The notes: generated from the letters alone by a model not told the origin. 64,000 bases of DNA from Rhynchopus sp. YZ270_cl-10 (GCA_964035575.1 OZ037836.1:682001-746000); one strand, 5' to 3'. Positions 29,819 through 42,149 are shown, counted from the first letter of the stretch. Translations and numbers: made by a program.

Positions 29819-30895
29819 CGTGTGGTGGGGCAGGGTTTGTCTTCCTGCAGCCCTGTTTCCTGTTGTGGTGTGGAGGGTTCGTTGTGCAAACGGAAATGCA
29901 ATCAGAAGGACAACAAAAAAGCAGATCAACTTTTTTTTTTTGCAATCATCATTCTTCAACACACAAAGAGGAAGTGGAGATGAACAGAAAAGGCACCATC
30001 AGGGACACAACACCGTGCCAGTCCAAACAGGCCAAGAAGTGTTGGTACACGACTCGGCAGAGCTAAACAAAAAATAAGGACTAACAAGCAGTGCGAAAGT
30101 AAACAGAAGCAAGAAACAAATACGTTAAGGTTTGGATATCTACACCTCGTCAGGATGCAGGCACAGAAGAAACGATAAAGACAGGGCTTTGCACAGGAGG
30201 GCAACCACACCATTCCAAAAAGTTCCATTGTATACAGAAGAGCTTAACTAAGAAGTAGGGGGGTTTCCCACAACACCCATCGTCTTATCTTAGGAAATGT
30301 CTTAGCTGAGGTCATAGTGAAAATCAGGGTATTATATACGTATAGTAAAACTGGTCAGGCTGACCAGTTTTTGAAATTTTTGGGGGGAAAAAAAAAAAAA
30401 AAAAAAGAAGTGGGCTGGGTTTTTTTGGGGTTTCAGGACCACTTCTTCCACCCACCCAAAATCCTGCCGCACGAAAAGGAAGAAAAGAGGGAAAAAATTA
30501 TGCCCGAGCCTCCGAATTGGTCAAACGCCGAAGGAAAAGGAAGCATGCAGCATGGCGAAATAATAAAAGTAGCGTACCGTGCGCCTGCGGCGCAAGCTTG
30601 CAACCCACCCTTCCCATGACATAGTTTGGCAGTAAAAATGTGCAATTTTAAGCGCATTTTTTTTAAATGTTGCGTACCGTGGCTTCGCTTTGGGTGCCAT
30701 GGCCGCCCTTTCTTTGTTGTAAATGTACTGAGGTTACTGACAGTTCGTGTGCCTGGCCATAGAGTTGGATAACCGAGGAATTCTCACATTCCGCCGGAGG
30801 CCCCCAACTTGAGCTGGGTTGGGGACCCGGGCTCGACCGAGTTTCAACGAAAACCCCCGAAACCTATATAATCCCCTGGTGAAAATCTACCCAAA

Positions 30896-31010
30896 AAATC
30901 TTAACGTACACTCTCTGTTGATTCTAAAACGGGGGAGGGTAAAAAAGGCGTGAAAGGTAAATTGGGGAAGAGGTTGAAAAGTTGGAACGCTTCCTCACCC
31001 CAGATCACAC
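30896..31010. repeat. Dispersed repeat family B (aaaatcttaacgtacactctctgttgattctaaaacggggg...cagatcaca)
   Basis: Copies at ~31298-31413 and ~59872-59985; diverged heads at ~155-200 and ~48060-48092. Confidence 0.85.
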
Positions 31011-31083
31011 TACAATACAAAGGTTTGGGTTTGAATAGGGTGGGTTCTTCTGACGATGAAACCTACTCCCTTCTAAACTTTCT

Positions 31084-31300
31084 TTTTTTTTTTTTTTTTT
31101 TTTTTGAAAAATAAATAAAACTCCTCTCGAAATTGTTCAAGATTGAACTGAGAGAAAGAAGAAACCCCAAACCCTCCCAGACCAAACGGTCTAACCTGTT
31201 GTATTGACATAGTGTGTGGGGAGAATGAGGAGCACAAGAATCGTCTTCGCGCATACTAAAAGATTTCCTACGATATGTCACAAGTGTCATGTCACCGAAA
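31084..31300 (-). mobile_element. ~200-bp poly(A)-tailed SINE-like repeat (family C)
   Basis: Near-identical copies at 35909-36120 and 59986-60192, all bounded on the same side by a T-run (poly(A) on the minus strand). Confidence 0.6.
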
Positions 31301-32914
31301 AATCTTAACGTACACTCTCTGTTGATTCTAAAACGGGGGAGGGTAAAAAAGGCGTGAAAGGTAAATTGGGGAAGAGGTTGAAAAGTTGGAACGCTTCCTC
31401 ACCCCAGATCACACCCAGGACCCTTGGGACCCTCAAGGGACGCTACGCGAAAAAACTTCTTCAGCGAAACGGGATGATCCATCCAGGAGCGCGGGAGGAG
31501 CTCTGGCCCGAAATTGTTCTGTGTGGCTGCAAATAAATAGAGTAACTGCGTAAGGCACGTAATGCAGGGATTGAGATAAAAATGATATATGATGGCCCGA
31601 AGTCTCGCGTGCTTCGTCACTTTCCTTAGATACGTTCTTGCAACGCAGCAGCTGCGTAGGATACCACAAAGGCATTGTTCCGATGATGAAAATCCCCCAA
31701 CAGTAATTTAGGCACGCACGTTGTAGTGTTCACGTAATGAGCATGGTGTAGACCGGGTGCGTGAGAGATTGGACGATGGTCGTATTCACGAGTCTGGGTG
31801 CGGCAAAAGGATCGGCCCTGCAAAACAAGTGAACTTCTAACGGTCACCAGTTGTCTCTCTTGGAAAACAACAGTCCAGGTTGCCTCAACATCGCTAGCTG
31901 TGGTTTAGAAGCTTGCCTATATTTTGCAATCGGCGTCGAGTAATCGCTGTCGTGCGTCGGAAATCGCTTCGTCTACTATTTCGATGTTCCTGCACAACGG
32001 AGCGGAGGCTCTCTCTCTCGACTTCTTGTTGCTGCCTGCTCATCTTTGGTGTTGTACAGTGTCGGGGCACTCCGCGAAAACGCCAGCTTCGACATCTACT
32101 ACGATGCATGACGTTATTCCTGGTGTGGACTTGCGATTTCGTGTCCATGAAAATGCGGCTGTACAAGGTCACCCCACGCGTTGTACCCTCTGATTTCGTC
32201 AGTTTTGTCGAGCTTGGTCGCTTGCTCCCAAGGAAGCTTGTTGTATGCCCGCACGTAGTATTTCCACGTGTCATCTCCCATCACGAGGGCCGGCTGAATC
32301 GGTAACGCCCGTGTTTCTGAGAAGTGAAACTGCCCAGGTGTTCTCTGCAGCATCAACGTCCATTGTTCTTTGTTCTGTTGTCTTCCACCTCACCATGCGT
32401 ATCAATCTTCAGGGCTTCAGCAATGGAGACCTCTCTCGGAGGGCTTACAGTAAACTTTGCTGAGTACTTCACCTCTTAAACGAGAACCCTCAAAAGTTGC
32501 CTACTCCGGAGGACTTCGGTCGACAAAAGGTTTCCTCATCTTGAGGACTGCCGAATAGTGGCCTCCTCTAGGGGATTTCAGTCAAACAAAATACAGCATC
32601 GGCAGTAAGGTCACCACAAGTAAGTACTCCGCATTTCATGTAAACGAACTTGTATCCTCACGGGGAAGTCCTCGAAGGCGTCGGTCGTGGTCGCGAGCAG
32701 GTTGACGTCTCTCTGAAGCAGGTGGGCTTCTGTGGAGCTGTTGCTGCTGGTATGCACGGAAGCAGATAAGCGGCCCCCGCAGCTGGGTGGGAAGGTGTAG
32801 TGCCTGGTAAGTTCTTGTTGCAGACATCCTTCGGAGTGCTCACCCCGTCGTCCGTGAGTCTGTGTAGTAATGGTAGTAGTTGTCTCCAAGGAGCGCTCCC
32901 CTGCAGAAAAGATG

Positions 32915-33560
32915 GGTGTGCTTGTTCGTCAGACACTTCGGTGATGGTCTCACGAAACGACGCAACGGCTCGTAGATCTTCCACTTGACACAGTCATGTA
33001 GTCCTCCTGAAGATTCTTCAGACAGATATCAAAGCGAAGCTCTCCCGCTCCGGCGATGGTGTGTTCTCCCGACTCCTCAATCGAGCACTGCATAAGCGGG
33101 TCGGACTTCGGCAGACGCTTCAGTCCCTCAACAAGCTTGGGTAGGTCGGCGGGGGAGGAGCACTCCACAGCGACACGCACAGCGGGCGATACAGTGTACT
33201 TCATGTCCTTCAGGGGGTAGCACTCGCTCTCCTTCTCGTCGGTTGGTCGCAGTCTTCACAAATGTTACCACAGGGCACGTCCTCAACACGGCCTCCTGGT
33301 AACGCTCCATTCTGAGCAGGGTACAATCGCTGCGGCGCTGGATGTTCTTCACAGCCATGTCCTTCTTGGTTTCGGATTTGTAGTTGGGACCCCTGGTGCG
33401 TGCCTTCTGTCCGTCCTTGATCTTCCCAGAGAAAGACACGACCGAAACGCGGTGAAATGTGTCTTGTCTGCCGCGGAAACATCTTCGACACGTACATGAA
33501 TAGGGCGGAGGGTGATCAGTGCGACGGGGTCGTAGTTCTGCAGTCCCTGGAAATAGTTGA
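32915..33560 (-). pseudogene. EEF2: Degraded elongation factor 2 (eEF2) fragment, domains II-III
   Basis: Frameshifted pieces MYVSKM...FGRVF, GPNY...[34 protein letters not shown]...[16 protein letters not shown]...[34 protein letters not shown] match conserved eEF2 motifs. Confidence 0.92.
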
Positions 33561-34489
33561 CTGCACGGTAGAAGGTGCAGAAACTTTTCGACATCCGCAC
33601 ACCCCTTTTGGACTTCGGTGCATGTGGCACAGGCTCCAAAAAACCGCTTGCCATCATAGTTGAAAGTATGATGAGGCACACTGTCTCGTGAAGTCGATGT
33701 TGTAGTTTGGCAGGAAACGTAACTTTTTTGAATCCTGTCGTCTGTGTCGAGGACCTTAATCGACGGTACGAAGGAAAATGCCTGGACATCCTTGTGTTGA
33801 AACCATCTGGGCAGTAAAGCCTGTTGATGTCTGACACCGGTGGCCACGCAGGGCAGTCTGAGAGGATGCCGCCTTGGAAGTCGAGGGCGGTTCCTTCACA
33901 GGTCGCCGTTTGCGAGTGTCGCGCTCTGTGCACTTGAGTGGGCTTGGGTGGTCAGATGGGGTGGTCGGAGAAGGGAGCTGGCTGCCACCTCTAGGTACTG
34001 CGAGACAAACTTCTCTGGGGTGCGGGTGATTGTAAATGTACTGTGTCCGTGTTGGCAGATCTGGACAGCACATCCGGGAATCTCCACGTAACTGCTGTCC
34101 TCTGTGTATATCCCAGCATTTGAAGGCCTTTCGAAATTAATGCCAAACCCCGTAGGCCGGATGATGTCGTCAAAAAACGCTGACTGAACCCCTAAGGCTG
34201 ACTCTGGGCTGCGCGCAAAACAGCGTCGTAGAGCACGTTTTTCGCATACGCAGCGCGTGTGGGTGTTGTAACTGGCAGCATCTTCACAGACCAAAACTCC
34301 AAAGGGTGCCCTTCTTATAGGGACTTGAAACCCAAGTCAGCAGAGTGACCTTCCTTTTAGGGACTAGAACACGGCAGACCGGCGAGGGGTGCCCTTCTTA
34401 TAGGGACATTTGTCGGAGCGGCGAAAGAGTGTAGAATCAGGGGTTCCGCTACCGTATAATATTCAATTTGGTTGAGGGTCGAAGGTGTG

Positions 34490-35840
34490 GAAATAAACAA
34501 CAAATGGTTCTTATACCAAAGTTGTTGTGGCGGCGTAAGTGTATAAAATAAACAACAAGAGGTTCTTATACCTAGTTGTTGTAGCGGCGTAAGTGTTGAA
34601 AATAAACAACAAGAGGTTCTTATACCTAGTTGTTGTAGCGGTGCATGTGTATAAAATAAACAACAAGAGGTTCTTATACCTAGTTGTTGTAGCGGCGTAA
34701 GTGTATAAAATAAACAACAAGAGGTTCTTATACCTAGTTGTTGTAGCGGCGTAAGTGTTGAAAATAAACAACAAGAGGTTCTTATACCTAGTTGTTGTAG
34801 CGGTGCATGTGTATAAAATAAACAACAAGAGGTTCTTATACCTAGTTGTTGTGGCGGCGTAAGTGTATAAAATAAACAACAAGAGGTTCTTATACCTAGT
34901 TGTTGTAGCGGCGTAAGTGTTGAAAATAAACAACAAGAGGTTCTTATACCTAGTTGTTGTAGCGGTGCATGTGTATAAAATAAACAACAAGAGGTTCTTA
35001 TACCTAGTTGTTGTGGCGGCGTAAGTGTTGAAAATAAACAACAAGAGGTTCTTATACCTAGTTGTTGTGGCGGCGTAAGTGTATAAAATAAACAACAAGA
35101 GGTTCTTATACCTAGTTGTTGTAGCGGCGTAAGTGTTGAAAATAAACAACAAGAGGTTCTTATACCTAGTTGTTGTGGCGGCGTAAGTGTTGAAAATAAA
35201 CAACAAGAGGTTCTTATACCTAGTTGTTGTAGCGGCGTAAGTGTTGAAAATAAACAACAAGAGGTTCTTATACCATGTTGTTGTAGCGGTGCATGTGTAT
35301 AAAATAAACAACAAGAGGTTCTTATACCTAGTTGTTGTGGCGGCGTAGGTGTAGACAATAAACAACAAGAGGTTCTTATACCAAAGTTGTTGTGGCGGCG
35401 TAAGTGTATAAAATAAACAACAAGAGGTTCTTATACCTAGTTGTTGTGGCGGCGTAAGTGTATAAAATAAACAACAAGAGGTTCTTATACCTAGTTGTTG
35501 TGGCGGCGTAAGTGTTGAAAATAAACAACAAGAGGTTCTTATACCTAGTTGTTGTGGCGGCGTAAGTGTTGAAAATAAACAACAAGAGGTTCTTATACCT
35601 AGTTGTTGTGGCGGCGTAAGTGTATAAAATAAACAACAAGAGGTTCTTATACCAAAGTTGCTGTGGCGGCGTAAGTGTATAAAATAGACAACAAGAGGTT
35701 CTTATACCTAGTTGTTGTGGCGGCGTAAGTGTTGAAAATAAACAACAAGAGGTTCTTATACCTAGTTGTTGTGGCGGCGTAGGTGTAGAAAATAAACAAC
35801 AAATGGTTCTTATACCAAAGTTGTTGTGGCGGCGCAGGTG
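34490..35840. repeat. 54-bp minisatellite, 25 units, each with an internal imperfect hairpin
   Basis: Unit aaataaacaacaagaggttcttatacctagttgttgt(a/g)gcggcgtaagtgt(tga/ata). 25 occurrences of ggttcttatacc counted; 18-aa period in the ORF track. Confidence 0.95.
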
Positions 35841-35908
35841 TCCTCGTACGACGGAGAAGCGTCATGACAGTGAGAATACCTCACTTGTTCACATGTTCTG
35901 TACTTCAT

Positions 35909-36120
35909 TTTTTTTTTTTTTTTTTGAAAAATAAATAAAACTCCTCTCGAAATTGTTCAAGATTGAACTGAGAGAAAGAAGAAACCCCAAACCCTCCCAG
36001 ACCAAACGGTCTAACCTGTTGTATTGACATAGTGTGTGGGGAGAATGAGGAGCACAAGAATCGTCTTCGCGCATACTAAAAGATTTCCTACGATATGTCA
36101 CAAGTGTCATGTCACCGAAA
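35909..36120 (-). mobile_element. Family C poly(A)-tailed repeat copy
   Basis: Matches 31084-31300. Confidence 0.6.
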
Positions 36121-38186
36121 AAAAAAAAATCCTCCGAGATCTTACTAAGATCTTAGTACTTCCTCAAAATAATTAAAATAATATGTTCCCTTCCTTCAAA
36201 ACTTCACACACAACGCTTTTGGTTTTTGGGAGACACACAAAAGGTTCCAGGTTCTATGATAAGCACGGAACCACCCCGCACCTGTTTGTCATATTGTTTC
36301 CCGTGCAATACATGAAAAAATGTTTCGCACTCGAAACAAGGGAAATAATGACAGCACAGGTGCAGGGGCTTTTTGAATTTGATGCGTTTTTATTTTTTTC
36401 TGATTTATGACAAAGTACAAGGTATGTAAGAAGTGCAACACGCCGATTGGCTGTGTGCATGTATGCATGCCCCAGAGGGAGGGATCAGAGCGACGTCATA
36501 AGAAACGCCACGTCGAGCGTGGCAGAGATATCGTCAGAAGATCACATGAAAACGTTAGCAAGCATCCAGTACTCGATCCACTAAGAGAGCACTAGAGCAC
36601 TACTTAAGCGAAAAAACTCACTAACATTCATGGAACAGAGGGGGGGAAGGGTGCGCATGGCACCGTGAAAGAAACACGAAAAAAGACACCCGAGCAACTC
36701 TGTCCTACGAGAGACCACAAGATCACTTCCCAGGACAAGCGAGCCCATCAGTGCTCTGTCCAATCCACGAGATCAACCACGATCTTAACATAAGTACCAC
36801 AGGTACAGACTCATTTGACTTCATGCAGCAAAGAAGAGAGAGCAAACAGGGTGCAAACAGCACGGCGAGAGCATAAATAATAAAAACCGCCGTTCGTCTT
36901 TTGTTTAGTTGGTACGCTACCCACGTCATACACGTTTTCAAAAACACCCAGAATGGATGTCAAAAAGGAAATAACCCTTAACCTGAAGTACAGAAATGAG
37001 GTGAGTGCACAAAAATAGGGGGAATAAACAAAAATTCTCAGATGTTTTAATCATTTCCCACAAAGTATTTGTCCTGATATAAAAAAAAACATCCGAGCAT
37101 CAAATACTCAAGTCAAGCAAGAGACCACAAGAACTCTAATCTCGAACCCATCAAAGACGAGCCCATCCGGCACTCAGTCTCATCACCAGGGCTCGACCAA
37201 GAACTCTACTCAAGCAGGACCACCAAGTACAAACTCATTAATGTCCACGACGCAGGAAAAACAAACATAGTGAAAACAGCACAGAGAAACAAACATGAAC
37301 AACTTTTGCAACAACAAACACTCACAATCCACACAAGACTACAAGAGCTCTACATGACAGACGAGCCCATCCGGCACTCAATCTCATCACCAGGAACTCT
37401 ACTCAAGCAGGACTACCAAGTACAAATTCATTAATATTGTAACAGCACAACGGCTGAGTCTGACCAAGCAGGTAAGACAATCAAGCATAATTGAGGAGAA
37501 AAAAGCAGGGAACGGAGTGGGAAGCTTTTTGATAAAAATGAGCGAACACAAAAAACCAGCGCGTGTGGGAGAAATACTACGGGTGTCAATAACTATCTTC
37601 GCCCACACACAGGAAAAACGGGAAACGAAACAGGGGGAGAGTTTGTCAGTTGTACGCTTCCACGTTTGACCTATAAAAAAAACAGGAGAAGAAAACCATT
37701 CTGATTCAAAGTGGTGTTTGCGTTTTGGGTACGGTGCGGAGAAAGTGTCACATGTCGTTCCCTCACCCCCCCTTCTTGTAGTTGCTTGATACGTTGACGC
37801 TTCCACACACACTAAAAATCACTGTTGGGTGGTGGTGTTGCGGAGCACGGTTGGGTGAGTGAACGACGTGACACTTCCCGCTCACAAAGTAGTGTGCGTA
37901 AAAATAAAATCTGTTCGATAAAAGCAAGCGCGAGCTTGTTGTTGTATCTTGTTCATCTCGAACTAAGATCTTAGCTTTCCCTCACATCTTAAACAGGGGT
38001 TTCACCCACATCTGAGGTAAGATCTTCTGTATTTACCAACACAACCACAATGATCAAGCGTGACGACAACAAAATAAAAGCAAAGAAGAATAAATTGAGG
38101 TTTTGGGGTGGGGAGAATAACAACAGTTCCAAGTCACGGCCGGTTGGGAAAGCGGGTGCACTAAGCCACTGCCACTACGCACTTCT

Positions 38187-39548
38187 CTATTCCTCGGTCA
38201 GGACTGTTTCCTCAGTAGGGCTTGCTGTGGGCATCTCTGCCCACATGCTGTTCCTCTTGACGTCGTTGGAGACCAGGAAGACGTACTTCGTCGGGTTCGT
38301 TGCTGTGGTGTCTTTGCTCTGCTTGGAGCGTTCGAGGCAGAGCAGCGCAAGGACTGCGAGAAGGCAACCGCACACGAGCGAGCCTGCGACTGTGAGCATG
38401 ACCACGTTGTCCACAGGGTTGCGCTGTGTGAAGGTGATCTGCACAGACTCCTTGAACTTGTAATATACCGTATTCTTCCAAGATGTGGCATTTGCAGTCG
38501 ACAACACGAGCAGATCCATCTCGCCCGTCCGAGACTCAAGAAGTGTAAGGTACACGTAACCCTCCACTGTCACCATCTTTGCATTTTGAATCGTACGGTG
38601 TGTTTGCCCGTACACTCCTTTCAAAATTCGATCCTGCAACACGGACAGCCCAAAGGACGTGCTGTACTCTCCGCAGTTGAACACTGCAATGGTCCCATCC
38701 GCGAGAATGCTCACTTCGTAGATGACATCCATGGTGGAGGCTGAGTGGGTAGAGTTTTGTGACATTGTGACTGTGCTGCTGATGTTTGCGACGTAGCAAT
38801 AGAGCGTTCCGGAAGGCCTAGCCGAACTATGGACGTGCTGGTAGACGGCCGCGAACACACCTTGATTGATGTCCCACGAATTTCCGCCGTTCATCGGGAT
38901 TGCCCCAATAGTATTCAAATTCGAATACAAAGCTGTTGACAAGTAATAGACATGAACATTCTCCTGCACACCATCGAGCTCCACGACGTGGACTGCAATG
39001 TGCACACCACCGTGAGTACCACTGCACTTCACACCCACAATCTGCGCAACCGCGAAGTGTGACGCTGACATGCGTGTCGGGTCCTCCGGTGACGCAACGT
39101 CAACGACGAACAGCGCAGTGCCCACCCCAACAAAAAGCATCCCAGGATGGTGTGCGATGAAAACCTCGCCACCACTGCCCGCACCGACGTCGAAGTACCT
39201 TGGGGCATCGTGCACCAACACCACCAAGGCAGACACAGCTGTGTCGTACACAGTCAGCGAGTACACATCGCTTTCGGTTTCACCCACACAGAAGACAAAC
39301 GTGTCCGTCACCCCACTGGCACATTGTTGTGCATATCCACTCCTGAACTGCCCTTGAGGCACAAAGCCGGAACCACTGTACGTGTAAGCAACGTTCGAGG
39401 CGTTCCCTTCCTTTGTGGTGTTCCCATCACCCGGGGTGGCAACAACAGTATAAGGGAATGCATCTGGTGTGCACCCCACCGGCAGCCCCTGCGACAGCAC
39501 TGCTGCAGCAAAGAAGAGGACACTCTCTCTCCGGTGCGGCCACGACAT
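38187..39548 (-). CDS. Uncharacterised type I membrane/surface protein (453 aa), paralog 2, intact
   Basis: ATG of MSWPHRRESVLFFAAAVLSQG (signal-peptide-like) at 39546-39548, downstream of an ...acaacaaacag acceptor-like site. C-terminal TM VVMLTVAGSLVCGCLLAVLALLCL and a short cytoplasmic tail. Confidence 0.82.
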   Translation of the reverse strand: MSWPHRRESVLFFAAAVLSQGLPVGCTPDAFPYTVVATPGDGNTTKEGNASNVAYTYSGSGFVPQGQFRSGYAQQCASGVTDTFVFCVGETESDVYSLTVYDTAVSALVVLVHDAPRYFDVGAGSGGEVFIAHHPGMLFVGVGTALFVVDVASPEDPTRMSASHFAVAQIVGVKCSGTHGGVHIAVHVVELDGVQENVHVYYLSTALYSNLNTIGAIPMNGGNSWDINQGVFAAVYQHVHSSARPSGTLYCYVANISSTVTMSQNSTHSASTMDVIYEVSILADGTIAVFNCGEYSTSFGLSVLQDRILKGVYGQTHRTIQNAKMVTVEGYVYLTLLESRTGEMDLLVLSTANATSWKNTVYYKFKESVQITFTQRNPVDNVVMLTVAGSLVCGCLLAVLALLCLERSKQSKDTTATNPTKYVFLVSNDVKRNSMWAEMPTASPTEETVLTEE

Positions 39549-41216
39549 CGTGTGGTGGGGCAGGGTTTGTCTTCCTGCAGCCCTGTTTCCTGTTTCCTGT
39601 TTGTTGTGGTGTGGAGAATTCATTAGACAAACAGAAATGCAATCAGAAGGAAAACAAAAAGGTAAAGCAACCTTTGTTCCAATCACCCACGCCAATACTA
39701 TCAGGCCTACCAGGCCTGCTGGTGCTTAACTTCTCAAATCAGGCGGGATGACGTGTATTCACCAGAGTATGGCCGGATCCAATACTGAGCCAGGGTGGAA
39801 AACATGTGAACGGGTTGTTCGTGCCTTATCATTCTTCAACACAAAGAGGAAGTCTAAGGTTCCTGGAGCTGAACAGAAAAGAACGGTTCACGAGGTCGAA
39901 GTGACCAGGATCATGATGGTTTGGAGGCTCAAAAGCATCGCAGAAGTTAATGGAAGAAAAAGGGTAATGAGACTGCATAGGAGAGCTTCATATTGAAAAA
40001 AAAGGGTGGTAAAAAGGTGGGGATTCTGTCTCTTTTTTTAGCTAACACTCCTTTGTGGAAACAAGTATTTCAACCTATGCAAAATCAAGCATTGATAGCA
40101 GAGGAAGAGGGGATCAATAAAAATGATCCCATCTTTCTTTTGCAGTATGTTTTGCAAAACGTAAAAAGAAAAAGTAAATGCTTCATGCACAAAGTTGAAA
40201 CTTCAGTAGACTGGTTTCTGACATTAGCCCTGTTTCCTTTTACTTTCAATCCAGGAAACAAGAAAATAGAAAACGACTTCAGGATATGACAGTTAAATGA
40301 AAGAAGGCACTTTTCCGTCTATTGCACCGCAAAAGGTTTGTGTTTTTTCACATGATGAACGTGAGTGAGATGTGTATGTTAGTGGAAAAGCAATACGCTA
40401 AAGCGGGCACGCACCATCCGTCGTTTTCCATTTCTATTCGTCAATGCTTGATAACACACAAAAAAAAAATAAATAGGGGGGGGTCAAGGAGTTGATGATT
40501 CTGGCCAGCCCGCGCGCTCATTAAAAGGAGCCAAAGGACTATCTGTGGGTGTGGGTGGGGAAAACAAAAGGGAAAGTTGGGGTCAGGCACAAACCCTGTG
40601 TCAAAGCAAAAGAGAATGAGGGAGGGGAGGGAGGGGAGGGGAGGGGAGGGGGTGATATCTGAATTCTGTCTTTTTTCAGCCAATTGCAAACAACAACAGT
40701 GTTTCTGGTATGTCGACGGAAGCAACAGGGTTGCACCAAAAACAAAGTTGACTTGAAATACAACAGCCCGCTCGTGAACAGTGTACCTTGGTACAATGAC
40801 CGCACGGTGCGGTAGTCAGCAAAATGACAACCTAAATGACAACCTCAATGACATGTCATAATTATGACAACCCTATAGGTTGTCAGTGACAACCTAGGGG
40901 TTGTCAAATGACAACCTGAGGTTGTCAAATGACAACCTATAGGTTGTCATTTGACAACCTTATGCATGTGAAATGCCTTGCAACAGCCATTTTTATTGGA
41001 AATGTGGGAGGTTGGGGGGTTGGGAGGTTGGTGGTTACCTGTTTGATTGTTGATTGTTGAATGTCCATGCACTGTAAAAATTTATTTAAAAAAAAAGGAG
41101 GAGATGGGGGGGTGATTTCTGTTTTTGTTGATTTCATGATGATTTGGGTCCCTCACCCCCTTTGTAAAAATCCCGCCCATACACATATGCAGGGGTCAAG
41201 TGACTGACGTGCCTGA

Positions 41217-42149
41217 CTAGTGCCATTGAACACTCTCTTCGGAGTCCTCCTTGTTTGCCTCTGTGTCACTGGCCTCAGCAAGAGTCTCCTCAGGATCCTC
41301 AGGAGCCTCCTCAGGAACTTCGTCCTCCCCAAACACGGACATCCATGATGCCCCGTCCATTTTCACAGAGAGTGCGTTGGGGGCCCCCACGGGTATGTCC
41401 ACACGAGTAATTCCCACCTGCACCATCACGGAAGTCTCCCTCGTCGAATCAAGGGACAGAGTGCTGGGGACATCATACGTACCGTCGACCACCCCGATGC
41501 TGGCCCCGATGGCAAGGCGCTCCCGCTTCAACGCAAAGCTCAGCTTGTGACCCTGCAGCGTCGGGTCGGTGCAAAACACGGTGCAACCGTTTTCAATAAA
41601 AATTCGGTGCACTTTTCCACCCGGTGTCATCTTTTCCCCCATCACCGTGATGATAGGCCATACGGAAGCGCGGGGGCCTCTTTTGATGACCCCCTTGGCC
41701 GCCGCTGTCCCTGTTCCCTCGTTGACAATGGACGTGTACAAGCACGCCATGTCCATGTCCCCCAGCGACGCCCCTTCCCGAACTACAAGCGCCAGACGCT
41801 TGTACGCCTCCGTCTTCTTTGCGGCGTCCGATATCCCAGGCAACTTCCGCAGCACGAGTCCGCCAAACACAGTCTCCTTCACTGCCCCTCCGTTCCCTGA
41901 GATGCGGAGGCTGTACACACCTTTGGCAGCATCAGCCTCTGCCCTGTTCTTCGCCTGTGTGATGGTGAATTTTTTGCCAAGTTCAGCTGCCACTGAGCCA
42001 TCATTGGACTTGAAGTCCACCTTGAAACATTTCGAAATCAAGGCCCTCAGTGCAGGGTGACTTAAGGGGGTTGCACCGGCGGGGTTCTTCGCTTTGTACA
42101 CATAAACAGTACAAAAGTCGTTTGCAATCGTCGTCTGCTTGCTTGTCAT
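41217..42149 (-). CDS. Transposon accessory protein (310 aa), possible GNAT-fold acetyltransferase with acidic tail
   Basis: Intact ORF inside the TIRs. VFCTDPTLQGHKLSFALKRERLAIGASIGV resembles GNAT motif A; D/E-rich C-terminus. The ORF is solid, the function is inference. Confidence 0.7.
   Translation of the reverse strand: MTSKQTTIANDFCTVYVYKAKNPAGATPLSHPALRALISKCFKVDFKSNDGSVAAELGKKFTITQAKNRAEADAAKGVYSLRISGNGGAVKETVFGGLVLRKLPGISDAAKKTEAYKRLALVVREGASLGDMDMACLYTSIVNEGTGTAAAKGVIKRGPRASVWPIITVMGEKMTPGGKVHRIFIENGCTVFCTDPTLQGHKLSFALKRERLAIGASIGVVDGTYDVPSTLSLDSTRETSVMVQVGITRVDIPVGAPNALSVKMDGASWMSVFGEDEVPEEAPEDPEETLAEASDTEANKEDSEESVQWH

Noticed and set aside
29819..29962. N-terminal extensions of the surface-protein ORFs given in the ORF track (also 39549-39695)
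   Set aside because: They differ between paralogs and run through acceptor-like sequence; the shared ATG of MSWPHRR is the better start.
34490..35840. CRISPR array, or 333/285-aa repeat proteins
   Set aside because: No unique spacers, no cas genes, eukaryotic context; the ORFs are translations of the satellite.
36690..37440. Degenerate direct repeats (gacgagcccatccggcactca...) as a coding or RNA feature
   Set aside because: Local duplications are real, but I see no ORF or recognisable structure.
40803..40845. Full 12/23 RSS (heptamer-spacer-nonamer)
   Set aside because: Only the heptamer-like CACGGTG is present; no ACAAAAACC at 12 or 23 bp, and both ends are symmetric.
41217..42149. RAG2-like gene
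   Set aside because: No kelch repeats or PHD finger, and the orientation is tandem rather than convergent.
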